Positions 1 to 7,497 of a DNA stretch of 32,000 bases are shown in pieces (position 1 is the stretch's first letter; the number at the start of each line of letters is the position of its first letter). The translations under genes and the position numbers were made by a program. Source of the DNA: Ktedonobacterales bacterium (GTDB lineage Bacteria > Chloroflexota > Ktedonobacteria > Ktedonobacterales > JADMIN01). The notes beneath the pieces were generated by a model. The model was not told the DNA's origin, searched no databases, and was given only the letters and a program-made list of their open reading frames with translations. Where the stretch lies: contig CP126532.1 of the NCBI GenBank assembly GCA_030167145.1, positions 1,470,001 to 1,502,000 of the forward strand, given 5' to 3'.

Positions 1-663
1 CGACGGTGCGCGCGAGGGAACAGATGTCACACGGGGGGCATGTGCGGCGCGGCGCGGACGCGGCGCAGCCGCAACAGATGCAACAGCCGGAATAGGCGCG
101 CTGGGCGCGAGGTCGTCGGCCTTAGTGGCACGCGGCAACGGGGAAAGAATCGCTGGATGATCGGGCCATGCGCTCCAGGTTGTCCAGGAATGCGCCGAGG
201 GAACGCCAGAATCGAAACGAACGATAACACTTCCAGGGGGCTGCTGTGCTAGATACCCACCAGAACCGGGATCGGGCCGCCTGGCCCAATCAGGGGAAAA
301 CGTACTCAAATTGTCAAACTCTCCGCTTCTCCCACGCGCATCAGGAATCTTCCTGTCAATCGCGCGTGGTTGGAATATACAGGTGCAAACGTGTGGTAGC
401 AAGGGTGCGCCCGCTCACAGCGGTCTCGCGGCTTCCTCTTCCCAAACCGCGCCGACCGGCGCGCGCGCAACCAACCTTATCTACCCCCTTAGTATGCCCC
501 AGCCGCGCTATCCTGTCAAGTTACTTCACATAAATAGGCTATGGCCGCCCATCGGGCCGAGCGCCACGCTTCCTCCTCCCCTTCCCGTGTTGGAGTCACA
601 TGCGACCGCACTCCCCTTCCCTCGTAGGGCAAGCGAAGCGCAGCCCCTCCGAGCCGTTCCGAA

Positions 664-749
664 GAGGGGCGTCCGGTGGACGCCCGTCCGGTCGAGAGTT
701 AGGCCTTCTCCTCCTCCCATTCCCACGTAGGGGCGTCCGGTAGGCGCCC
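664..749. repeat. Family A GC hairpin elements (GTAGGGGCGTCCGGTGGACGCCC type): one intact copy and one degenerate copy
   Basis: At 667-685, GGGCGTCC-GGT-GGACGCCC forms a perfect 8-bp stem. At 727-749, gtaggggcgtccggtaggcgccc is a decayed copy. Both are flanked by ..gagRgttaggYc.. motifs that are also seen at 13415-13428. Confidence 0.8.
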
Positions 750-810
750 GCACAGTCGAGGGTTAGGTCCGCCATTTCCCGCCGTTCGCCGCGCATGCTA
801 TACTCGCTGT

Positions 811-1599
811 ATGGCACGCACCAGACGCGATGCGCACACCACGCGCGACAACCACGACAACACTCCCAACAATACCACGGCCACGGCCAGCGCTCCGGGG
901 CAAGTGGCGCTACCGTTGGACGGCGCGGCTACCGCCCTGCCCGCAAGCATGCTCTCGCTGGAGCAACTCCGCTCGGCGCTCGAAAGCGTGCTCTTCATCG
1001 CCGGACGCCCATTGCAGATGAGCGAACTGCGCCGCCTGCTGCCAGTCGAAGACCGGCGGCTACGCGAGGCGCTGGCCTCGCTGGCCGAGGAGTGCGAGCG
1101 CAATGCGCGCGGCATTCGCGTGCAGCGCATGGACGACGCCGTGCAACTGGTCTCCGCGCCGGAGAACGCCCGCTTCGTCGCCGCGCTCCTGGGGCTGCCA
1201 ACGCAAGCCAAGCTCACCACCGCCGCCCTCGAAACGCTGGCCGTCGTCGCCTATCGCCAGCCCATCACCCGTTCGCAGATCGAATTCATTCGCGGCGTCA
1301 ATAGCGATCGCGCGCTCAGCAGCCTGCTGCAATACGGCCTGGTGCAGGAGGTGGGCCGCGCCGCCACCGTTGGCCGTCCGGTGCTCTTCGGCACCACCCT
1401 AGAGTTCTTGCAGCAGTTCGGCCTGCCCAGCCTCGAAGCCCTCCCCAAGCCCGAATCGCCAGAGCTGCAAGCGATAGAACAGCAGCGCGCGGCAGCCGCC
1501 CAGCGCGTCCGCGCCGCGGTCGGCGACGACGAGCGCCCACCCGCGCCACCAGCGCTACCCACGGCATCCCTGGATTCCCCCGAACCAGGTGGAGATTGA
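811..1599 (+). CDS. scpB: Segregation and condensation protein B (ScpB)
   Basis: 262-aa ORF. LEQLRSALESVLFIAGRPLQMSEL and LTTAALETLAVVAYRQPITRSQIEFIRGVNSDRALSSLLQYGLVQEVGR...GRPVLFGTTLEFLQQFGL match the tandem winged-helix ScpB family. ATG 811 lies 7 nt after a TATACT box. An alternative ATG at 949 would remove the low-complexity N-terminal extension. truB starts 10 nt downstream. Confidence 0.85.
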   Translation: MARTRRDAHTTRDNHDNTPNNTTATASAPGQVALPLDGAATALPASMLSLEQLRSALESVLFIAGRPLQMSELRRLLPVEDRRLREALASLAEECERNARGIRVQRMDDAVQLVSAPENARFVAALLGLPTQAKLTTAALETLAVVAYRQPITRSQIEFIRGVNSDRALSSLLQYGLVQEVGRAATVGRPVLFGTTLEFLQQFGLPSLEALPKPESPELQAIEQQRAAAAQRVRAAVGDDERPPAPPALPTASLDSPEPGGD

Positions 1600-1608
1600 G
1601 CAACGCCC

Positions 1609-2538
1609 ATGGACGGCATACTCAACATCAACAAACCAGCGGGGATGACCTCGCACGATGTCGTCGCCCGCGTGCGGCGGCTCGCGAAGCAGAAGCGCGT
1701 CGGCCACGCGGGCACGCTCGATCCGCTGGCGACCGGCGTGCTGCTGGTCTGCCTGGGCCAGGCGACGCGCGTAGCCGAATACCTCACCGAGAGCGGCAAG
1801 ACCTATCGCGCCACCGTGCGCTTCGGCATCGAAACCGACACCTATGACGCCGAGGGCGCAGTGGTCGCCGAAGTCCCAGTAGCGTTCGATCTGGCAGACA
1901 TCACCGCCGTGCTGCCAGAGTTTCTTGGCGAGCAGATGCAGCTACCGCCGATCTATTCCGCCATCAAGCGCGACGGCCAGCCACTCTATAAGCTGGCCCG
2001 CGCGGGCGAGGACGTTACCGTACAGCCGCGCCCCATCGTCATCTACGCGCTGACGCCGGTTTCGTGGCAGCCACCCGATCTCGTGCTGGATGTAGACTGC
2101 GGCAAGGGCACGTACATCCGCTCGCTCGCGCACGACCTCGGCGCGCGGCTCGGCGTTGGCGCGCATCTGGCCGCGCTGGCGCGCACCCGCAGCGGCGCGT
2201 TCACCCTCGCCCGCAGTGTCACGCTCGACGACCTCGCCGTAGCCCTGGCCGGTGACGGCTGGCGCGACCTGCTCTACGCCGCCGACGAGGCGTTGCTGGA
2301 TCGCCGTGCCGCCATCCTCGGCGCGGACCTCGAAGCGCGGCTGCGCAACGGCCAGCCGCTGCGCTTTCCGCCGGAGCTACGCGGACCCGCCGCCAGCGCG
2401 CCACCGCTGCCCGACGAACTGCTGCGCGCCTACGCCACGGACGGGCGCTTCCTGGGGCTGGCGCGCTGGGATGCAGTCAGCGACGCATGGCTGCCCCATA
2501 AAGTGCTGGCCGTCCCGCCGCTGGACGATACAGACTGA
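1609..2538 (+). CDS. truB: tRNA pseudouridine(55) synthase TruB
   Basis: 309-aa ORF starting MDGILNINKPAGMTSHDVVARVRRL..KRVGHAGTLDPLATGVLLVCLGQATRV, which carries the TruB catalytic Asp motif (GTLDP). Also has IYSAIKRDGQPLYKLAR and CGKGTYIRSLAHDLG. Confidence 0.92.
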   Translation: MDGILNINKPAGMTSHDVVARVRRLAKQKRVGHAGTLDPLATGVLLVCLGQATRVAEYLTESGKTYRATVRFGIETDTYDAEGAVVAEVPVAFDLADITAVLPEFLGEQMQLPPIYSAIKRDGQPLYKLARAGEDVTVQPRPIVIYALTPVSWQPPDLVLDVDCGKGTYIRSLAHDLGARLGVGAHLAALARTRSGAFTLARSVTLDDLAVALAGDGWRDLLYAADEALLDRRAAILGADLEARLRNGQPLRFPPELRGPAASAPPLPDELLRAYATDGRFLGLARWDAVSDAWLPHKVLAVPPLDDTD

Positions 2539-2581
2539 GCAAACGCTGCGGATCACGTCGGGCATCTGCTGAATTTTGAGG

Positions 2582-3253
2582 CTACATGGCAGCACGGAAA
2601 GCCAGGAGCAGGTGCGCCGGATTCTCGTTCCGCACAATGGCGTCCGCTCGCTCACGTGGCTGCGCCATCTCGAAGTAGAGCCGCTGTCCGGGGATATAGC
2701 GCGTCTGGTAGCGCGCTTCCACCGCCTCCACGGAGCCGAAGAGAGCGACATCGCGCTGCTTGGCTCGCTCCAGCGCGACCTCGAACGGCGTCTCCACCCA
2801 AATGCGATAGTCCCAGAACGCATCAAGCTCAGGCCGCAGCAGGAAAACGCCATCCATGATGAGCACGGCATCTACCGGAGCCGTCTCCTCAGCGGCGTCC
2901 AGAGGGCGGTCGGTGCGGAAGTCGAAGACGGCCCGGCGATATCTGCCCGACCCCATCGGCCCCAGTGGGAGCAGTAGCGCCTCACGCAGCGCGGGATAAT
3001 CGAACGAATCCTGGTAATAGCCTTCCGCTGAGCTGGCTCCGCGTTGGTAGCGCTCGGCGCGTGGCCGGTGAAAGCCGTCAATAGAGGCCCGGATAACGCT
3101 GCGCCCGTGGGCCTGTACGTATGGCACAAGCTCGTCGGCCAACGTCGTCTTGCCCGCGGCGTCTATGCCGTCAACCGCCACACGCGCCGGGTGCGAGCAC
3201 GAACATGCGGCAATGCGCGCAGCCAGCGCTTCGAGCAGTTCATCCCGTCTCAC
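2582..3253 (-). CDS. P-loop nucleoside/nucleotide kinase family protein (uridine kinase-like)
   Basis: 223-aa ORF with a GTG start at 3253 preceded by GAGAGGGG. Walker A is VAVDGIDAAGKTTLADEL, followed by a VLIMDGVFLLRPEL Walker-B-like strand, which is a Udk/PRK-family layout. Starts 33 nt after the stop of the upstream membrane-protein gene on the same strand. Confidence 0.7.
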   Translation of the reverse strand: MRRDELLEALAARIAACSCSHPARVAVDGIDAAGKTTLADELVPYVQAHGRSVIRASIDGFHRPRAERYQRGASSAEGYYQDSFDYPALREALLLPLGPMGSGRYRRAVFDFRTDRPLDAAEETAPVDAVLIMDGVFLLRPELDAFWDYRIWVETPFEVALERAKQRDVALFGSVEAVEARYQTRYIPGQRLYFEMAQPRERADAIVRNENPAHLLLAFRAAM

Positions 3254-3286
3254 ATTGCCCCTCTCGCGTTTCCACTGCGAACACGC

Positions 3287-4558
3287 TTACGGATAGTATG
3301 GCGGTGTCGGTGTATATTCCGTTGGCGCGTCCGGGTCGGCGGGCGGAAAGAGCGTCTGCCCCGTCGCGGGCGGGTACTGCCCTGGATAGGGGTTCGCCCC
3401 CGGCTGCTGATAGCTCCCGCCAGGATAGCCGCCAGGCGTGATCGGCCTGCTATACTGGCCCGCCGGTGTATTCGCGGGATACCCACTCCCTGGCGGTCCG
3501 GAGCCGCCGGGGCCACCCGACGGACCTGAGCCGCCCGATGGGCCGCCCGGTGTCGTGTTGCGTCCGCGTGCGATGACGAAGCCGATCAACCCCGCGATGA
3601 TCGCCAGCAGCAGCGCCGCCACCACCAACAGCGCGATCAACAGGCCATTGCCGCCACTGCTGCCTGCCGTGCCGCTCGTCCCGCCCGCCACCGCCGTCGG
3701 CGCCAGCGTCGGCGAAGCCGTTGCCGTCGGCTGGGGCGTTGCCGTCGGCGCCAGCGCCACCGTCAGCTTTGGCCCCTTATCCATCAGGTCCAGCACACCG
3801 CTCTCGTTGTGCGCGCTCACCACATACTGGCCCGGCGCGGTGTTCGCCGCGATGGGCAGCGTAATCGAGAACGCGCCGTTGCTCGCCGAGGTGGCGTTGC
3901 CGCTGGCGATGGGCGCGCCGTCGCAGTCCGCGCACGGACCAACATAGACGAAGATCTTGTCCTGCGCGGGCAGCCAGTTCTGGCCAGTGATCGTCACCGT
4001 GCCGCCTGCCGCGACACTCCCCGCCGAGATAGCGACCGAAGGCGAAACCGCCGACAGCACCGAGAACGGGCCGTCATCAATATTGCCGGTCGGCACACCG
4101 CCCGTGCCATACACGCAGAAGCTCCACAAGCCAGCGCTAGCGGCGTCAGGCCAATCAAACGAGTAGTCGAATTGCCCAGAGCTGTCCACCTGTCCTGAGC
4201 CAAGCGGCACAATGGGCGAGGCGGGCGCCATCTGGCAAAGCTGCGCGCTCGAAGAGCCACTTGGCGGATTGAGCGTATCCCCTGGCGCCACCGCGAATGT
4301 CACCTGCTGCCCCGCAACGGCAGTGAAGCCTTCACCATGCACCGCCGCATGCTCGCCCACCGGCCCTTCGGGATTGCCATTGTTCTGGCCCGCGTAGATC
4401 ATGCCAGAACTCCAATGGACACACCCATTCGCGCAGTTGCCGCCCGCGTGGACGGCTGGAATAGTGCGGGGAAACGCGATACCCCACGCCAGCAGCAGCG
4501 CCGCCAGCGCGAACGCCGCGCCGCCAAAGCGGACGAGGCGGAAAAAGTGCCGTCGCAT
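3287..4558 (-). CDS. Type I membrane protein, paralogue A (signal peptide, Cys motif, two Ig/IPT-like domains, TM helix, Pro/Gly/Tyr-rich cytoplasmic tail)
   Basis: 423-aa ORF. N-terminal signal MRRHFFRLVRFGGAAFALAALLLAWGIAFP, then GGNCANGCVHWSSGMIYAGQNNGNPEGPVGEH. IPT-like GGTVTITGQNWLPAQDKIFVYVG...PGQYVVSAHNESG. Thr/Pro linker, TM LLIALLVVAALLLAIIAGLIGFVIA followed by RGRN, then a tail rich in P, G, Y and Q. Clear paralogue of 4683-6062. Confidence 0.78.
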   Translation of the reverse strand: MRRHFFRLVRFGGAAFALAALLLAWGIAFPRTIPAVHAGGNCANGCVHWSSGMIYAGQNNGNPEGPVGEHAAVHGEGFTAVAGQQVTFAVAPGDTLNPPSGSSSAQLCQMAPASPIVPLGSGQVDSSGQFDYSFDWPDAASAGLWSFCVYGTGGVPTGNIDDGPFSVLSAVSPSVAISAGSVAAGGTVTITGQNWLPAQDKIFVYVGPCADCDGAPIASGNATSASNGAFSITLPIAANTAPGQYVVSAHNESGVLDLMDKGPKLTVALAPTATPQPTATASPTLAPTAVAGGTSGTAGSSGGNGLLIALLVVAALLLAIIAGLIGFVIARGRNTTPGGPSGGSGPSGGPGGSGPPGSGYPANTPAGQYSRPITPGGYPGGSYQQPGANPYPGQYPPATGQTLFPPADPDAPTEYTPTPPYYP

Positions 4559-4682
4559 GATGATGCCTCATCTTCAACAAGCCGGGCGCGTGGGATATTC
4601 AGTGTACGCGCCGCTGGTGCGGCCAGTATAGCGGGCGCTGGCCATTCAGGCAAGAGACAAATTGGCGGCGACAGCCACGCTA

Positions 4683-6062
4683 TCAGCCGCCGTGCGTACC
4701 TGTCCGCCAGATACGCCAGCGTTTACCGGCCTGTGGCAACGTTGGTGGTGTGTTATAGCCGCCCGATGGCGTTGTCGCGCCGACATCCCCCACACCGTGT
4801 GGTGGCGTAATCGGCGGTGGCAGCGGCGCGTGGAGTGCGTTGAATTGCCCCGCGATAGTCTGGTCGTATGGGCCGGACATCTGCTGTTGTGGCGGGTAGC
4901 CAGGGTAGCCGCCGCTCGGCGTGAGCGGCCTGCCAAATGGGTCCACCGGCGTATTCGGCGAGGGTGGCGCGGGGAAGTTGCCCTGCGGCACACCAGCGCC
5001 GCCACCGCCCGATGGGCCGCGCGGCTTGTTGTTTCTGCCGCGTGCGATGAGGAAGCCGACCAGCCCCGCGATAATCACCAGCAGCAGCGCCACCGCCGCA
5101 ATCAGCACGATCAGCAGCGTGTTATCGCCGCCTGCGCCGCTATTCGATCCGCCACCATTCGCGCCCGTGCCGCCACCTGTTCCCGTCGCGGTCGCCGCGC
5201 TGGTGGCCGTGGGCGCGGTCGTCGCCGTTGGCTTCGGGGTTGGCGTCGGCAGATAGCCAACCGTCATCTTGGGTCCACTGCCGCCGATGTCCAGCGCGCC
5301 CAATTCGTTGTGCGCGCTCAAGATGAACTTGCCGAGCGGCGCGTTGCTGGGAATCGGCACCTTCACCGAGAAGCTGCCGTCGCTGGCCGACGTGGCAAAG
5401 CCGTAAGCCACCTGCACCCCGCCGCAGTTGGCGCACGCGGCGATATACACGAAGATCTTGTCCTGCGCGGGCAGCCAGTGCTGGCCCGTCACGGTGATCG
5501 AGCCGCCAGGCGGAACCGTCGTCGCCGAAGGCGAGATCGAGGGCGCATGCGACGACATCACCGTGAACGGACCATCGTCAATATTGCCGGTCGGCAAGCC
5601 ATCCACCGTGTTATACACGCACACGCTCCACTGTCCACTGCTCGCCGCCGACGGCCAGTCGAACTTGTAGTAAAACGTGCCGGAGAGATCCACCTGCGTC
5701 GTGCCGATGTCCACGCGCGTCGTATTCAGCTTGCAGAACTCATACGACGACCCGCCGCCCGATGGATTATTCACATCACCCTGCACCAGCCGCAGCCGCA
5801 CCGAACCTCCCAGCACGCCCGACATGGTGAATCCCTCGCCGGAGATGTTCGCATGCTCGCCGACCGGCCCTTCGGGGAACCCATTATTCTGCCCCGCGTA
5901 GATCATGCTCGCATCCCAGTGGACGCAGCCACTGCTACAACCGCCCGCCGCTTGGGCCACCGGCGCGGGGCGCGCGAACGCAAGACCCAGCGCCAGGACG
6001 AGAGATGCGAGCAGCAACGCCGCGCCGGCCAGGCGCGCGAGCCGTGATGATGATCGTCGCAT
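4683..6062 (-). CDS. Type I membrane protein, paralogue B (same architecture as 3287-4558)
   Basis: The ORF is open to 6158, but the ATG at 6062 gives MRRSSSRLARLAGAALLLASLVLALGLAFA, a signal peptide collinear with paralogue A. Shared blocks: GGCSSGCVHWDASMIYAGQNNGFPEGPVGEH, TGNIDDGPF, TGQHWLPAQDKIFVY, a TM helix plus RGRN, and a P/G-rich tail. A 31-nt DNA identity with paralogue A (acgaagatcttgtcctgcgcgggcagccagt) occurs at about 3948 and 5449. Confidence 0.78.
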   Translation of the reverse strand: MRRSSSRLARLAGAALLLASLVLALGLAFARPAPVAQAAGGCSSGCVHWDASMIYAGQNNGFPEGPVGEHANISGEGFTMSGVLGGSVRLRLVQGDVNNPSGGGSSYEFCKLNTTRVDIGTTQVDLSGTFYYKFDWPSAASSGQWSVCVYNTVDGLPTGNIDDGPFTVMSSHAPSISPSATTVPPGGSITVTGQHWLPAQDKIFVYIAACANCGGVQVAYGFATSASDGSFSVKVPIPSNAPLGKFILSAHNELGALDIGGSGPKMTVGYLPTPTPKPTATTAPTATSAATATGTGGGTGANGGGSNSGAGGDNTLLIVLIAAVALLLVIIAGLVGFLIARGRNNKPRGPSGGGGAGVPQGNFPAPPSPNTPVDPFGRPLTPSGGYPGYPPQQQMSGPYDQTIAGQFNALHAPLPPPITPPHGVGDVGATTPSGGYNTPPTLPQAGKRWRIWRTGTHGG

Positions 6063-6260
6063 AGGTTCCCCATTTCGCTGCCTGCGCCCGGATTCCTGGT
6101 GCGCGCTCGTATCCGCGGCTGACCGTGGCAGGGCATCCGCGCGGAGTAAACCGGACATGAAAACGAATCGCGCACAGTATAGCGGGTGCTGGCGAGGCAG
6201 GCAATGGGTGAGGCGCGGCGCTACGCACTATTTCTTAGCAGGGGACATGCGTGGGCGCGT

Positions 6261-7109
6261 TTAGCGCGCGAGGCGCACCTGCGCGGGGAAGCCATTGAAC
6301 GTGCCGCGCAACACTTCAGCGCCGTCCTGATTCAGGCAGCGGGCGCTGCCCGTCAGCAGCCGCTGCTCGGCATCCTTCGCGATGAACGTCACCGTGCAGG
6401 TGATCGTGTCGCCAATATAGACCGGCGCGACGTACTGAAAGCTCATCTCCTGCGCCAGAAAGCCGATCATGCCGCCGATGTGCGTCAGCATACTGCCGGT
6501 GAGCAGGCCAGGCACGATGCGCCTGCCAAACCACGTCTCTTGCGCAAAGCTCTCGTCAATGTGATAGGGGTTATAGTCGCCGGTCACGCCGCAGAATAGC
6601 GCCACATCGCCTTCGGTAAACGTGCGGCGGAACTCGAACGTCTGTCCCAGCGCAATCGCCTCGAACGCATCGCGCAGTTGCCGCTTGAACGCATCCGTCG
6701 CGTCACCCGCGCTTCTCGCCGGTGAATTCGCCGCTGCCGGAACTGCTGCCGGGGTTGCCGTCGTTGTTGTCGCCGTCGCTGCTGTGGGCGTCGCATCTAC
6801 GATCATCGTCGGGCGCGCCGTTTTGGGCTTCTGATCCGCCTGTGGCGGCAGCGGCGCCCAGCCATTCTCATCCCCGCGTACACCCGGAATCGCCCCACTG
6901 GACAGCAGCGCCTTCAACTCTGGCAGAGTCGCGAAGCGTCGCATCGGCTGTTGCGCCTGCTCCGCGCCGCCATAGCGGACAGAGATCGCATACTCGCCCG
7001 TGATGTCCTGATGTACGACAATCGCGCCCGCGCCAACCGGCAGAAACGCCGATGCCGCTGTAGCCAAAACACCATCGAGGGTCGCCACCTGCGCGCTCCT
7101 TTCACTCAT
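6261..7109 (-). CDS. MaoC-like (R)-hydratase hot-dog domain protein with an unknown N-terminal domain
   Basis: The C-terminal 140 aa, FTEGDVALFCGVTGDYNPYHIDESFAQETWFGRRIVPGLLTGSMLTHIGG...VYIGDTITCTVT, is a MaoC dehydratase signature. The N-terminal ~95 aa and the Thr/Ala/Pro linker are unassigned. Start is ambiguous: ATG 7109, or GTG 7088 which is preceded by AGGAG at a 7-nt spacing. Confidence 0.75.
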   Translation of the reverse strand: MSERSAQVATLDGVLATAASAFLPVGAGAIVVHQDITGEYAISVRYGGAEQAQQPMRRFATLPELKALLSSGAIPGVRGDENGWAPLPPQADQKPKTARPTMIVDATPTAATATTTTATPAAVPAAANSPARSAGDATDAFKRQLRDAFEAIALGQTFEFRRTFTEGDVALFCGVTGDYNPYHIDESFAQETWFGRRIVPGLLTGSMLTHIGGMIGFLAQEMSFQYVAPVYIGDTITCTVTFIAKDAEQRLLTGSARCLNQDGAEVLRGTFNGFPAQVRLAR

Positions 7110-7265
7110 CCCGCGCTGATAGCATAGCACAGCCGCCTACCATGCGTCCGTCGCGCATCGTACTCTTCCATTCGCGCGCCCCGTGTCGTACACTACGCCT
7201 GCAACCAACCCTGGCCCACGGTGGAGCGGCGTACTGTACCGGCGACGTCCCGTCGGCCTCTGCGC

Positions 7266-7476
7266 GTGGTGGCGCGGACATTCCTGTCTGCCCGCTGCTT
7301 TCTGTGGTGGGGCGGACATTCCTGTCTGCCCGCGTCGGCCACTTTCGTAGGGGCGCATGGCGTGCGCCCTTTGATGGACGCCTTTTCCTTGTTCCATCAC
7401 ATACTCTGTCTCCAACCCGCGACGGCGGGTTTCGTGGCCGCAGGCCTTCAGGCGCGATTTCAACCGCCCGCTCTCT
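7266..7476 (+). repeat. Composite hairpin-repeat module 1 (2x family B + family A variant + family C/C2)
   Basis: Family B: ggcggacattcctgtctgcc occurs twice, at about 7274-7293 and 7309-7331. Family A variant at 7347-7369: GGGCGCA-TGGCG-TGCGCCC. Family C at 7424-7441: AACCCGC-GACG-GCGGGTT, followed by ttcaggcgcgatttcaaccgcccgctctc. The module ends 22 nt before the TIR-FGE start codon. Confidence 0.85.
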
Positions 7477-7497
7477 GACGAAGGGGGAATCATCACC

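Noticed and set aside
27-252. Overlapping 67-aa (minus) and 70-aa (plus) ORFs at the window start
   Set aside because: Both are Arg-rich and low-complexity, with no SD or motif. A more plausible reading is a plus-strand gene tail ending at TAG 93-95, but 31 codons are too few to call.
4662-6047. 461-aa plus-strand ORF antisense to membrane-protein paralogue B (similarly 3438-3947 and 3809-4198 opposite paralogue A)
   Set aside because: It gives an Arg-rich nonsense-like sequence (runs of RRRRR). The opposite strand encodes a protein with a signal peptide, TM helix and a clear paralogue.
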